Source of the DNA: Promethearchaeota archaeon
GTDB taxonomy: Archaea; Asgardarchaeota; Lokiarchaeia; Sigyniarchaeales; SOKP01
DNA: 64,000 nt
Reading direction: 5' to 3'
Assembly (NCBI GenBank): GCA_048939995.1
Contig: JBHLOY010000006.1
Coordinates: forward strand, 149,622 to 213,621
Shown: positions 9,780 to 20,926 of the stretch, piece after piece
Layout: every line of letters begins with the position of its first letter
How positions within the stretch are numbered: the first letter of the stretch is position 1
The notes under the pieces: generated by a model
What the model was told of the DNA's origin: nothing
Databases searched by the model: none
The model's input: the letters and a program-made list of their open reading frames with translations, nothing else
Made by a program: the position numbers and the translations under genes

Positions 9780-11444
9780 TTATTTTAAATACGCGCCATA
9801 TTTAGCAGAACTTACAATCTTTCTATAGGTATTTAAGAAACCCACTTGTATTTTTGGTGATGGAGATTTCCAGCTTTTTAGTCTACTTGTAAGTTCCTCA
9901 TTCGAAATCATTAGATTCAATTTTCGATTTTTTATATCAATTTCGATATAATCTCCCTCGTTAACAATAGCAATCGGGCCACCTTCAATAGCCTCGGGAC
10001 AAACATGACCTATACATGGTCCTCTTGTAGCTCCTGAGAAACGACCATCGGTGATCATAGCAACTGAATCAGTAAATCCCATGCCAACTAACATTGCTGC
10101 TGGTAAGGATAACTCTCTCATTCCTGGTGAACCTTTAGGGCCTTCATACCTTATCACTAAAACGTCTCCCTCTTCAATTTTATCATCCAAAAGAGCTTCT
10201 TTTACTTCTTCTTCACTTTCAAACACCTTAGCAGGACCTTTATGATGACACATTCCAGGACTTACAGCACTACGCTTTACCACTGCTCCCTGAGGAGCTA
10301 AACTTCCTGTTAAGACTGCAATTCCTCCTTCAAGTTCAATTGGATCTTCTGGATTTCTAATAATTTGATAATCTTCATATTTAACATTATCAAGATATTC
10401 CTTTAAAGTTAATCCTAATAGATTTTTAACTGATAAATTCAAATATTTTGATAATTTTTTCATTAAAACCCTTACTCCACCTACTTCATGGAATTCTGAA
10501 AGTGTATATTCTGAGGTTGGTTTAAACTTCGCTAATAAAGGAACAGAACTACTTAAATTATCAAAATCACAATGATTTAAACTTCCTCCAATTTCATGAG
10601 ATAATGCACACATATGCAAAACCATATTTGTAGAACCACCAACGGATAGCGCTACTTTACAAGCATTATTTATTGTTGATTCATTTATTAAATCTAACGC
10701 CCGAATCCCTTTTTTTACCAATTGCATGATTGTTTCACCTGTTTCTTGGCATAAAATTTCACGTTCTTTTCCAATTGCGCTTAATGTGGCACAACCTGGT
10801 AAGGAAAGTCCCATAGCCTCAACAATGCATGCCATTGTATTAGCTGTACCCATCATATTACATGCTCCTGGTGAACAACAAGTCTGAGATTCTATAAGAT
10901 AAAATTGTTCTTTATTAAGATCGCCCACTTTAAATTTTCCTATAGCTTCTTTTATATCAGATGTTACAAACATCTTTCCTTTTAAAGGACCATCATTGAA
11001 ATATTTTGGTTCCATTATACCCCCAGTTAAAAATATTGTAGATATATTGCATCTAGCGGCAGCCAAAAGCATCCCTGGGATAATTTTATCACAAGAACAT
11101 AACATTACCATACCATCGAATCCATATGCTTTTATTGTACATTCAATTGAAGCTGCAATTATATCTCTCGTAGGCAAAACATATTTTGAGAAATTTCCTG
11201 AGTTAGCAATTCCATCACATATCGAAATTGTGTTAAATTCCATAGGTGTTCCTCCTTTTTCTTTAATTCCTATTTTCACTAGCTCAGCTAGTTTTCGTAA
11301 GTGGATGTGACCTGGATTTATTTCACTCCAAGAATTAACAATTGCTATTTTAGGTTTTGTTAAATCTTCGTAAGTATAACCACATCCTAAATATAATGCG
11401 CGCTCATAAGCTCTACTCGGGTTTAATTCTTCATTAGATTTCAT
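9780..11444 (-). CDS. ilvD: Dihydroxy-acid dehydratase (IlvD/Edd family)
   Basis: [49 protein letters not shown]. Confidence 0.9.
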   Translation of the reverse strand: MKSNEELNPSRAYERALYLGCGYTYEDLTKPKIAIVNSWSEINPGHIHLRKLAELVKIGIKEKGGTPMEFNTISICDGIANSGNFSKYVLPTRDIIAASIECTIKAYGFDGMVMLCSCDKIIPGMLLAAARCNISTIFLTGGIMEPKYFNDGPLKGKMFVTSDIKEAIGKFKVGDLNKEQFYLIESQTCCSPGACNMMGTANTMACIVEAMGLSLPGCATLSAIGKEREILCQETGETIMQLVKKGIRALDLINESTINNACKVALSVGGSTNMVLHMCALSHEIGGSLNHCDFDNLSSSVPLLAKFKPTSEYTLSEFHEVGGVRVLMKKLSKYLNLSVKNLLGLTLKEYLDNVKYEDYQIIRNPEDPIELEGGIAVLTGSLAPQGAVVKRSAVSPGMCHHKGPAKVFESEEEVKEALLDDKIEEGDVLVIRYEGPKGSPGMRELSLPAAMLVGMGFTDSVAMITDGRFSGATRGPCIGHVCPEAIEGGPIAIVNEGDYIEIDIKNRKLNLMISNEELTSRLKSWKSPSPKIQVGFLNTYRKIVSSAKYGAYLK

Positions 11445-11549
11445 TATAAAATCCCTATTTAAACGCTTTAATTTTAAAATTAATTATACATTCAATATAT
11501 AAATGTAATAAATACAATTATAGATTGATATAAATTTAATCAAATACTT

Positions 11550-12662
11550 TTGAAAGTCATGCTTAGAGTAGGCTTTATCGGTACTGGTTTAATTTTTGAT
11601 TTGAATGTTCTTGGATACCTAAATAATGATGAGGTTAAAATTGTTTCATTGTGTAATAGAACAATTCAAAAGGCAAAAGACAAAATAAAACGCTTTAATT
11701 TAAATAAAGAAATTTCAATATTTTCTGATTATAAAGAAATGCTAAAGGAGGAAGAGTTAGATATTGTAGAGATACTACTTCCTCACCATTTGCATGCTCA
11801 AGCCACGATCTCAGCCGCAGAGAGCGGTGTTAAAGGCATTTCTGTACAGAAACCAATGGCATTAAATTTGGATGAAGCAAATTCAATGATTAATATATGT
11901 AAAGAATCTGGGTCGTTATTGTCAATCTATGAAAATTTTGTTTTTGCTCCTCATATTATTAAGGCTAAAGAATTATTAGACCAAGATTATATTGGAGATC
12001 CATCATCAATTCGAATTAAAACTGCCATGGCAGGTAAGGGCGGTTGGATTATCTCAAGAAACACAGAAGACTGGAGAAAAGATCCAAAAAAAATCGGAGG
12101 TTCAAATAGAGGTTCACCAGTTTTATTTGATAATGGATGGCATGATTTCGTATTAGCCTCATGGTTTTTTGATGAAGAAATTGATAAAGTATTTGCTTGG
12201 ACAGGCGATTTTAAAGGTTTAGACGTTCCTGCTTATGTAATGTTTAAATACAAACAAGATAAAGAACACTTGGTTCCTCAATATGGACATATGGAATTTA
12301 CATTATTACCAGAAATGCTATTGCCATCGAATTATTACCCAACGGATGAATTTATAGAGATTATAGCAAGTCGAGGAATAATGAGAATAAATCAAGGAAC
12401 TTCAATTGGAAATATCATGACAGAATCAGAAATTTTTGCTCCAATCGTGATAATAAGAGATGGTAATGTTGAAACTTATAGGGATTTTAATAACGATTGG
12501 AAATTTAGTTTTATTAATGCAACTAACCATTTTATTGAAGCTGTAAAGGGCAATATTGAACCACTTTTATCTGGAGAATTTGCAAAAAAGATTTTGAGAT
12601 TTAACTTAGCTGCTATCAAATCAACTGAATTAGGAAAAGAGATTTCACTTAATGATCTATAA
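11550..12662 (+). CDS. Gfo/Idh/MocA family oxidoreductase
   Basis: N-terminal Rossmann GFIGTG, QKPMA (EKP-like), DNGWHD. Confidence 0.85.
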   Translation: MKVMLRVGFIGTGLIFDLNVLGYLNNDEVKIVSLCNRTIQKAKDKIKRFNLNKEISIFSDYKEMLKEEELDIVEILLPHHLHAQATISAAESGVKGISVQKPMALNLDEANSMINICKESGSLLSIYENFVFAPHIIKAKELLDQDYIGDPSSIRIKTAMAGKGGWIISRNTEDWRKDPKKIGGSNRGSPVLFDNGWHDFVLASWFFDEEIDKVFAWTGDFKGLDVPAYVMFKYKQDKEHLVPQYGHMEFTLLPEMLLPSNYYPTDEFIEIIASRGIMRINQGTSIGNIMTESEIFAPIVIIRDGNVETYRDFNNDWKFSFINATNHFIEAVKGNIEPLLSGEFAKKILRFNLAAIKSTELGKEISLNDL

Positions 12663-12692
12663 TCGTTCTAAGCGTTTTGAGTATGAATTTAA

Positions 12693-13958
12693 TTATTCCT
12701 CATATTCATATTTGAATTGTTGATACTTCAAACCGTTTCTTATAGCCTTACGTAAATCTCTCTTTTTCATCCTATTATATTTTGCTAAACCACTAGCATC
12801 TCGATTTTCAGGTTGTTCTACAATATATTCCCTATTTTGCTCACTTTCTGCATTAATTTCCTCCCAATAAATTGGACGCTTTTGTTGTTGTGATATGTAG
12901 GGCATTTTAGCAAAAATACATAAATTTTTTCCTTCTTCCCCTGTATAAATAGGAGTTCCTCCTTTCTTTAATACGCTAATAAAATGTTCAGTGGAATTAA
13001 TAAATGAATATCTCCAGTCTCTTGGTAAATTATTTCCAAATGATCTCACTTCTCCATTGACATATACTACTATAGGTGGAAATTGTGGACTTTTAGAAAT
13101 AAAATTTCCTCCTGAAGTGCACTGATTCAACCACATAATACCTTTAGTTCCCGAAATTTCAATGTATTCATCACAATCATAATAATTACTAGGATAATAC
13201 ACATTTTGAGCTAATGTGAATTGCATTGAACCATATTTTGAAGGCTGTTTTGAATTTTTATCAGGATATTTCCAAAATATATAACTTGGAATATCCCAAA
13301 CTCCTGTAAAATAATCTATCCAACTATAAACCTTCTCTACGCGGGATTCTCCCATTAACCAGAGGGCCATTGAAAATTTATGTATTCCATCGTCATAAAT
13401 ATAGGGACCACCTCCACAAGTTTCCACTTTAATTCTCCATACGAGTGATGATAATCCCCTTGTATAAATAGTAATCCCAGGACCACCAGTTGCGATGGTA
13501 TTTATTCGAAAATTTAAAAGTTCTCCAATAATTCCCCCATTCAGTAACTCTTTTGCTTTTAAAAATAAAGGATAGAATCGAAAATTCTCATAAAGCTTTA
13601 ATTTTACCTTATATTTATTACACACTTGGATAATTTTATCACAATCTCTAATAGTATGAGCTAATGGCTTCTGCACAGAAATCCCCGAAATTCCTGCTTT
13701 AGCACAATATTCTACCATTGGAGCATGAAGATTATGTGGGGTTAAAATTTCTACAATATCAAGATTTTCGCAATCTACCATCTTTTTATAATCTTCATAA
13801 ATATTAAGCGTTCTTAATCCCCATCTTTCTACCTTCTCTCTAGCTTTTTTAGTATCACTATCACAAACTGCGACAAGTTCTGTATCTTGAGAATATAAAT
13901 ATCCTAATACATTAAGATTAGCAATATCTCCACACCCAATTATTCCTACTCTAAGCAT
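12693..13958 (-). CDS. Gfo/Idh/MocA family oxidoreductase, paralog of the preceding gene
   Basis: GIIGCG, QKPLA, DDGIH; shares LNVLGYL, PSNYY and DW(K/R)(F/Y)SFIN with the neighbour. Confidence 0.85.
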   Translation of the reverse strand: MLRVGIIGCGDIANLNVLGYLYSQDTELVAVCDSDTKKAREKVERWGLRTLNIYEDYKKMVDCENLDIVEILTPHNLHAPMVEYCAKAGISGISVQKPLAHTIRDCDKIIQVCNKYKVKLKLYENFRFYPLFLKAKELLNGGIIGELLNFRINTIATGGPGITIYTRGLSSLVWRIKVETCGGGPYIYDDGIHKFSMALWLMGESRVEKVYSWIDYFTGVWDIPSYIFWKYPDKNSKQPSKYGSMQFTLAQNVYYPSNYYDCDEYIEISGTKGIMWLNQCTSGGNFISKSPQFPPIVVYVNGEVRSFGNNLPRDWRYSFINSTEHFISVLKKGGTPIYTGEEGKNLCIFAKMPYISQQQKRPIYWEEINAESEQNREYIVEQPENRDASGLAKYNRMKKRDLRKAIRNGLKYQQFKYEYEE

Positions 13959-14023
13959 AATTCGTAGAACTTATATATTTACTCTATCAAATTCTATTTT
14001 AATTATAAATTTTCATAAAATCC

Positions 14024-15250
14024 TTATTTTAAGCAACAATGTTTATATTTTCTACCACTTCCACATGGACAAGGCTCATTCCTGCCAATTTTTTTTTCCT
14101 TCCTTATTGAAATATTTTTAGTCTCCCTTTTTATTACTTTTTCTGCAATCATCTTAAAATGTGGTAATGAATGACTATAGAACTTTTTCCAACCTTCACA
14201 TAACATGCTTAATGCACTATTATTTTGAATTCCAGTGCGAAACTTTTGACAATCCCCATGGCAGAAAAGTAAAAAACTACATGAAAAGCAAGAATTATGC
14301 CATTTAGCTTTTTGCCTTCCAAATTGACGATATAGAGGAGCATTTAGCAAATCCTCCCATGTCTTATTTAATATATTTCCAAGAAGAAGATTATCTCTTA
14401 CAAAGAAATCGCAGGGATAAACACTCCCATCATATTCAATAAGAAAATATTGACAACAAGAATTTCCCATACGACAGATATTGTATCTACCATTTATTAA
14501 GAATTCTAGAATAGAATCGAATAATCGAATAGATACTTTATTGATATCTTCTTTAAACCACTCATCAAATATCTCACATAGAAAATCCCCCCAATCATAA
14601 CCAGATATCGAATAAGGCATCAGACTATTATTATCGTCAAACTCCACGCATGGAATATATTGATGATAAAAAAATCCATTTTCTCGTAAATAATGATACA
14701 CCTCTCTTCCTTTTTTGACCGTTAAATTATTAACTAAGGTTAAAATATTGAATTCGACATCATTTTCCACTAATCTTTTTATTCCACGCATTACTATTGA
14801 GTGAGTTGGTTTTTGACTTATACTCTTTCTATAATAGTCATGTAGATCTTCTGGACCATCTAAACTAACTCCTAGTAGAAATTTATATTCTCCAAAAAAT
14901 CTCGCGAGTTCCTCTGTTATAAGAGTTCCGTTGGTTTGAAGACCGTTGCTTATAACATTTCCAGGACGTGTGTACTTTATTTGGAGTTTAACAACATTTT
15001 TGAAAAAATCAAGTCCCATAAGTGTAGGTTCTCCCCCTTGCCAACCAAAAATATAATGATTATTTTGATCAGTTCTCATATAGCTGCCAATTAAATGTTC
15101 AAGAACTTCATCAGACATCCTAGGTTTTTGTTCTACAACATTCAAATGATTAATATAAAAGCAATAGTCACATCTTAAATTACAATCTGCAGAGGCTGGC
15201 TTTATTAATAATGAAAAGGGCATCATACCGTAGCTTTTTAATTTAAGCAA
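14024..15250 (-). CDS. Anaerobic sulfatase-maturase-like radical SAM/SPASM protein with SEC-C motif
   Basis: KPASADCNLRCDYCFY, WQGGEPTL, YPCDFF, SPASM cysteines, C-terminal GRNEPCPCGSGRKYKHCC. Confidence 0.9.
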   Translation of the reverse strand: MLKLKSYGMMPFSLLIKPASADCNLRCDYCFYINHLNVVEQKPRMSDEVLEHLIGSYMRTDQNNHYIFGWQGGEPTLMGLDFFKNVVKLQIKYTRPGNVISNGLQTNGTLITEELARFFGEYKFLLGVSLDGPEDLHDYYRKSISQKPTHSIVMRGIKRLVENDVEFNILTLVNNLTVKKGREVYHYLRENGFFYHQYIPCVEFDDNNSLMPYSISGYDWGDFLCEIFDEWFKEDINKVSIRLFDSILEFLINGRYNICRMGNSCCQYFLIEYDGSVYPCDFFVRDNLLLGNILNKTWEDLLNAPLYRQFGRQKAKWHNSCFSCSFLLFCHGDCQKFRTGIQNNSALSMLCEGWKKFYSHSLPHFKMIAEKVIKRETKNISIRKEKKIGRNEPCPCGSGRKYKHCCLK

Positions 15251-15412
15251 TTTTGTAAAGGCTATTGAGTCTATACTAAATAATGATTTATTTAAAAAAA
15301 GCCTTCTCTCTCTTTATTACATTTAATACTCAGAATAGTGTCATTTTGTTTTTAAAAAATAAAATTTTTCTTGGCATAATCATAATAAAAATTTTAAGTG
15401 TAATAGATTTCA

Positions 15413-16156
15413 ATGAATCCCTATTTATTCGATTTAATAATTGTGTTGCTAACGTATCTTTATATATTTGCTACTATCCTTATACCCGTTCAATTAAAAA
15501 AAAGAGACAAAATTTCAAAATTTCAAGCAAGAAAAATTGTGCATTTATTCGCTGGATTGGCTGTATTTTCAAGTCCCTATTACACTTGGGTTTGGTGGCC
15601 AGTTATTATCGCTGGGACTCTCACAATATTAGTACTATTGAGTTCCAAAAAGTCAAAAGTTAAACAGCTAAAAGAATTGTATGATTCAATTGGAGAAGAA
15701 GCAGAGGAAAAAGTAGGATTTCTCCAAGGACCGTTTCACTATTGTTTATCTCTTACGGGATTGATTACAATCTTTGTAATCTTTGCTCCTAATCAATTAT
15801 ATTTTCCAATAGCTGGAATATTACTGATGATTGTTTCTGATACAATCGCATCGATTATTGGAAAGAGATATGGACGAGTAAAAATAAAAATTCCATGGAT
15901 AAAGTCAGTAAGAACATTAGAAGGCTCTTTAGCTTTTTTCGGAAGTGGATTTATTCTATGCTTTATTGCATTTACATTATTAGGAGTAACTAATCCTATA
16001 ACTCAAACCCACATTTCAATTGAATTTGCTTTAATAATATCTTTAATTACCAGTATATTAGCTACTGTTGTTGAAATGGTTTCTCCAAGCACATGGGATG
16101 ATTTAACTGTGCCAATTTTAACAACATTAATAATATTTTTATTAACTTTCATATAA
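15413..16156 (+). CDS. CTP-dependent isoprenoid/lipid kinase (SEC59/DGK1/VTE5 family)
   Basis: ARKIVH, SDTIASIIGKRYG, RTLEGSLAF, DDLTVP; multi-pass membrane protein. Confidence 0.8.
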   Translation: MNPYLFDLIIVLLTYLYIFATILIPVQLKKRDKISKFQARKIVHLFAGLAVFSSPYYTWVWWPVIIAGTLTILVLLSSKKSKVKQLKELYDSIGEEAEEKVGFLQGPFHYCLSLTGLITIFVIFAPNQLYFPIAGILLMIVSDTIASIIGKRYGRVKIKIPWIKSVRTLEGSLAFFGSGFILCFIAFTLLGVTNPITQTHISIEFALIISLITSILATVVEMVSPSTWDDLTVPILTTLIIFLLTFI

Positions 16157-16210
16157 ACAATTTTTTTAAATCTTTAGGACACATCTAAAATCACATTAAA
16201 TGATAACATA

Positions 16211-17605
16211 ATGGAAATGATTAAAAATTCTTTTGATGTAATTGTGGTTGGTTCTGGTACAGGTGGAACTACAGCAGCTCGATTTGCAGCCAAAAATGGA
16301 TTAGATGTGTGTCTTATTGATAGAAAAGAGAAATATAAAATTGGAGATAAAATATGCGGAGATGCTGTAGGTACTGAGATATTTGAGTTTCTGAATATTA
16401 ATCCGCCTAAAGGAGATGAGTTATCTTGCCATATCAAAGGTGCTAAATTATATTCACCAAACTTAAAAAAATGTATCGACCTTATGGATCCAAAACAAGC
16501 AGGCTATATAGTAAATAGGCAAGAATTTGGACAAAGACTCCTAAATGAGGCGTTAGATCAAGGGATTGAACAATTTTTAGATAATACAATGGCTCTAGAT
16601 TTATTGTACAAGCAGAAATCTGTTTCTGGAGTAAAAGTTAAGTTGAAAAGTGGTGAAAAAAAGGAATTGAAATCTAAAATTGTAGTTGATGCTTCTGGGT
16701 TTCATTCACCTTTAAGGAAAAAAATAAATAGTGAAATTATTGAAAAGAATATCTCTCAGAGTGATATAATATTATGTTTTAGAGAAATTGTGAAATTCTC
16801 ACCTACAGATCTCAAAGTAAACGATCCAGAATATATTTCAATTATCTTAGATCAAGAAAAAGCACCAGGAGGCTATATATGGTACTTTCCTAAAAATGAA
16901 TCTTCAGTCAATATAGGTTTAGGCACCTTTCCTGAATATAAAGGTAAAATAAAACATTATTATCAGAAAAATGTTTTTGAAGAATTTATAAAAACATCAC
17001 ATTTTGAAATATTGTCCTCTGGTGGAGGCGTTGTACCTGTTAGAAGACCTATTTGGTCATGCGCAGATAATGGAATAATGTTTATTGGAGATGCTGCTTC
17101 TCAAGTCAATCCATTACATGGTGGAGGAATAGATCCATCAATGAGAGGTGGCTTTTTTGCCTCACAAACTGCTCTAAAAGCTATTGAAAAAGGCGATCTT
17201 TCAATTAAAACTTTATGGGAATACAATTCTAAAGTCATGACGAGCTTTGGAGCTGAATTTGCTGCTTTAGATTTACTTAGAATGACTTTACAAGTGCTTA
17301 CAAACACTGAATTAAATTTTGGGTTAGAAAAGGATTTATTAACTGGAGAAGAAATATTAGAAATCTCATCAACAGGAGGATTGAACTTAAATCTCCTAAG
17401 CATGGTCAATAAAGCAATTAAAGGATTTACTCAACCTAATCTATTATTAGATTTAAATTATTTAAGAATTAGAATGAAAGAAATCTCAACTTTATATAAA
17501 AAATTTCCAATAAGTATAAATGATTTTGAAGTATGGAAAAGTAAAGTAATTCAGGTTTATGATAAAATTAGAAAAATGTTAATAAATACTAAAAAAGTAA
17601 ATTAA
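16211..17605 (+). CDS. Geranylgeranyl (DGGGPL) reductase family flavoprotein
   Basis: VVGSGTGG, KICGDAV, PGGYIWYFP, GDAASQVNPLHGGGI; lipid operon context. Confidence 0.85.
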   Translation: MEMIKNSFDVIVVGSGTGGTTAARFAAKNGLDVCLIDRKEKYKIGDKICGDAVGTEIFEFLNINPPKGDELSCHIKGAKLYSPNLKKCIDLMDPKQAGYIVNRQEFGQRLLNEALDQGIEQFLDNTMALDLLYKQKSVSGVKVKLKSGEKKELKSKIVVDASGFHSPLRKKINSEIIEKNISQSDIILCFREIVKFSPTDLKVNDPEYISIILDQEKAPGGYIWYFPKNESSVNIGLGTFPEYKGKIKHYYQKNVFEEFIKTSHFEILSSGGGVVPVRRPIWSCADNGIMFIGDAASQVNPLHGGGIDPSMRGGFFASQTALKAIEKGDLSIKTLWEYNSKVMTSFGAEFAALDLLRMTLQVLTNTELNFGLEKDLLTGEEILEISSTGGLNLNLLSMVNKAIKGFTQPNLLLDLNYLRIRMKEISTLYKKFPISINDFEVWKSKVIQVYDKIRKMLINTKKVN

Positions 17606-17615
17606 TTATTAATAA

Positions 17616-18443
17616 GTGAATTTTATGGTCGATATTTTGACAAGTAAATCTATGAAGATGAGCACCTATGCATATATTATAAATAGAATTAATAATCAAG
17701 GGGCTCTGCATTTTTCCTTAATTGATCCCGATCCTGTTAAACAAAGTCCAAAAAAGGCAGCTAAAATAGCTGAATGTGCTTATGAAGCAGGAACTGATGC
17801 AATTTTAATAGGAGGAAGTACTGTTTTTGATCAACGTTTTGTTGATGAGACAATTTTGGCCATAAAAGACAAGATCGATTTACCAGTAATAATATTTCCC
17901 GGCGGAATTACTAATATCTCCAAAGAAGCAGATGCCATTCTATTTATGTCTCTTTTAAATTCCGAGGATACGAATAATATTATAGGTAATCAAGCACTTG
18001 CTTCATATACAATAAAAATTTTAAATATCGAACCGATATCGACAGCTTATTTAATAATTGAGCCTGGAGGAACAGCTGGTTGGATTGGGAGAGCCAAATT
18101 ACTTCCACGAAATAAACCAAAATTAACAGCCGCTTACTCTCTTGCGGCTGAAATGATAGGTTATAAGCTTTTATACTTAGAAGCAGGTTCTGGGAGTGAA
18201 AGAATACCATCCGAAACTATCCAACTTTGTTCTAGCATGTTAAATATACCGATTATTGTTGGAGGGGGAGTTAAGAATGAGGATGCAGCAAGGGAACTTA
18301 TTGAAGCAGGGGCAAATATTATTGTAATGGGAACTTATTTAGAAAATAACATCCTGCATGATAATGGGATGTGTTTAAGTTCTATTATTGATGAGATAAA
18401 GGAAGCTGGAACAACTTGTAAGAAAAAATATCCATTAAAATAA
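17616..18443 (+). CDS. Geranylgeranylglyceryl phosphate synthase (GGGPS)
   Basis: LIDPD, DAILIGGS, FMSLLNS, LYLEAGSG, IVGGG. Confidence 0.9.
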   Translation: MNFMVDILTSKSMKMSTYAYIINRINNQGALHFSLIDPDPVKQSPKKAAKIAECAYEAGTDAILIGGSTVFDQRFVDETILAIKDKIDLPVIIFPGGITNISKEADAILFMSLLNSEDTNNIIGNQALASYTIKILNIEPISTAYLIIEPGGTAGWIGRAKLLPRNKPKLTAAYSLAAEMIGYKLLYLEAGSGSERIPSETIQLCSSMLNIPIIVGGGVKNEDAARELIEAGANIIVMGTYLENNILHDNGMCLSSIIDEIKEAGTTCKKKYPLK

Positions 18444-18456
18444 GGTTATATTTTAA

Positions 18457-19329
18457 ATGAAGTTGAAGGATATTATTGAAATACTCCGCCCTATAAATGA
18501 TATAATGGGAAGTTTTACAGTAGTAATTGGTATATTAAATACAAGAATCGATATTCCAGTTGATCTTATTATAATAAATATAATTCTTGGAGCTATAACT
18601 TACTTCTTCATCGCGGCTTCAGGTATGGTTATTAATGATATCTATGATATCGAAATAGATAAGATAAATCGTCCACAAAGACCTATTCCAAGTGGAAGGA
18701 TTAGCATTCATCAGGCAAAGATCATATTCTTTATCACATATGGAGTGGGAATAATAATATCTATATTTCACAGTCTTTTTTTTAGATTAGGGTTCCTGAA
18801 TATAATTCTTGCAGTATTTTTTGGGTTTATTGGATGGGTATATGCCAAATGGGGTAAAAAAAGTGGTTTTTTTGGGAACTTAATCGTCAGTGTTTCATTT
18901 TCAATCGGATTAGTTTATGGAGCCATATTAAATAATGCACTAATTCCTTCATATATTTATTTTTTCTTTTTAACTTCATTTTTTCTATTGCTTTCTCGTG
19001 AAGTGATAAAAGGATGTGAAGATATTGAAGGAGATAGAGAATTAAATGTAAAAACTCTAGCTATTTTGATTGGTATTAAAAAATCTACTAAAATGGCAAT
19101 CACTTTTTCCTTTTTGGCTATAATTTTTTTTATCTTGCCAAATCTTACACCCATTATTAGTCCAACATTGTTTCTGATATCAATGATTTTTGGATTAGCT
19201 GTTGTTGGATATGCTACAATATTAATGTTTTATTCTAAATCAGAGAGAGAAAACTTTAAGAAAATTAGCTTATTTTTGAAAGTTGGAGCATTTTTGGGAT
19301 TGTTAGCATTCTTACTTGCAAGCATTTGA
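18457..19329 (+). CDS. Digeranylgeranylglyceryl phosphate synthase (UbiA family)
   Basis: NDIYDIEIDKINRPQRPIPSG, REVIKGCEDIEGD; follows GGGPS. Confidence 0.88.
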   Translation: MKLKDIIEILRPINDIMGSFTVVIGILNTRIDIPVDLIIINIILGAITYFFIAASGMVINDIYDIEIDKINRPQRPIPSGRISIHQAKIIFFITYGVGIIISIFHSLFFRLGFLNIILAVFFGFIGWVYAKWGKKSGFFGNLIVSVSFSIGLVYGAILNNALIPSYIYFFFLTSFFLLLSREVIKGCEDIEGDRELNVKTLAILIGIKKSTKMAITFSFLAIIFFILPNLTPIISPTLFLISMIFGLAVVGYATILMFYSKSERENFKKISLFLKVGAFLGLLAFLLASI

Positions 19330-19333
19330 CTAA

Positions 19334-20761
19334 TTATTTAAAATGATCTAATAGTTGCACTATTTTTTCAAATTGATTGGCTTCAACAAATTTTTTAAGA
19401 TTCTTCTTATCAAGTTCATTTAAATTTTTAAAGGGAAATGTTTCAATTAGTCTTCTTGTTTGACTTAAACCTAAATATTTTCTAGTATAATCTGCATTCG
19501 AATATTTGTATGTTGTTAGAAATTCACTATCTAAGATATTTCTAAAGTGCTCTAAAACATAATTAAAATAATTTTTTAGTGAAATTTGATCTTCTACTGA
19601 AAGTTGCGGTTCCAAAAAAATCTGAATTGGATGAGTTCGATAGGGATTTCTGGATACATATATACCAACTGCATTAAAATCATCTTTAATAATTCCCAAG
19701 CCTACTCTTCCAACATATGAACCAGTATCTACAGTTCTTATGTATAATATGTTTGATTCTAATTTTTGCTTTAATTTTTCATTAATTTCTAAATCTAGCT
19801 TTTTATATTCATTATTTTTATATTGATTTGCATCAATTACCTTAACTTTATAGGTTCCCAAATTTTTTGAAACCATCATATTCGATAAATAATATTCTAC
19901 TTTTAATGGTTTTATGGCACGATGTTTTTGTAAGAATTCATCAAATTCATATCCGGCTCTATATTTATGATTAGGTTTTAATATATAACTTTTTTGGATG
20001 ATTTGATTTCCTTTCTTAACTTTAGTACCCAAAAATTTTACATTTTCTATTTTAGGTTCAATTTTTTTTTTAAAGAAGCCAATACATATGTGAGAGCCAG
20101 TAAATTCAAAGATTTTAGTCTCAAAAATGATCATATTATATATTTTATAATGTTTAAAGAAATCGAACCGGAATTTGTTAGATACTGAGGCTCCATATAG
20201 AAAATTTGAAGGTATAATATAAATTAGATTTTCAACATCATTTCTTAAATCATTTATCATAGCGATTTGATATAAGTCCTGATAACCATTATTTTCCCCT
20301 TTGAAATATTTAAGATATTGTTGGGTTTCATAATGCTTTTTAATATATCCCAAATATAAATATGGTGGATTAGTTATATGGAAAATTGGTAAATCCTTTT
20401 CTTTAAGAAATTCAGGAAAAGACTCAAGATTATCTCGAATTAAAATATTACTTTTTGCTACATGTTCTGAAATTCCATACGATTGAGCATTTTCTATGAT
20501 CTTTTTGACCATTTCTTCTTGTACATCAAATAAGAATAAATGTTTTAAAAAGAAGTTATCCCTTCTTTTCGGATTTATATATTTCAAGATAGGCAAAACT
20601 AAATTACCTTCACCAGCGTAAAGATCAACCCAAATAAAATTCTTTAGATGTTCCCTTATTTCTGGATATATATATTTATGAAAAATCTCTTTGGAGGTTA
20701 AATGGATTCCAAATTTTCGTCGTCTCTTAACCTCTTGAGACTTATAAGTGTTATTTTTCAT
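19334..20761 (-). CDS. Amino-DNA methyltransferase (orphan)
   Basis: Motif I DLYAGEGNL, motif IV ITNPPY, YIIPSNFL. Confidence 0.8.
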   Translation of the reverse strand: MKNNTYKSQEVKRRRKFGIHLTSKEIFHKYIYPEIREHLKNFIWVDLYAGEGNLVLPILKYINPKRRDNFFLKHLFLFDVQEEMVKKIIENAQSYGISEHVAKSNILIRDNLESFPEFLKEKDLPIFHITNPPYLYLGYIKKHYETQQYLKYFKGENNGYQDLYQIAMINDLRNDVENLIYIIPSNFLYGASVSNKFRFDFFKHYKIYNMIIFETKIFEFTGSHICIGFFKKKIEPKIENVKFLGTKVKKGNQIIQKSYILKPNHKYRAGYEFDEFLQKHRAIKPLKVEYYLSNMMVSKNLGTYKVKVIDANQYKNNEYKKLDLEINEKLKQKLESNILYIRTVDTGSYVGRVGLGIIKDDFNAVGIYVSRNPYRTHPIQIFLEPQLSVEDQISLKNYFNYVLEHFRNILDSEFLTTYKYSNADYTRKYLGLSQTRRLIETFPFKNLNELDKKNLKKFVEANQFEKIVQLLDHFK

Positions 20762-20926
20762 ACTTTTTAAAATGAGTCAATTTTAATTATTTTTATAAAT
20801 AAATTAGCTCCAATATCATTTAAACAATATTAATGAAAACTGGTCTCCAATTTTTTTTTAAAATACTAAACTTTTTCTATAATATCTAAATAGAATTACT
20901 ATAAAAATTTAAAAAAATTTCTAAGG

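Noticed and set aside
15283-15663. 126-aa ORF overlapping the lipid kinase, and the many short antisense ORFs in the track
   Set aside because: Shadow ORFs overlapping well-supported genes, with no motifs
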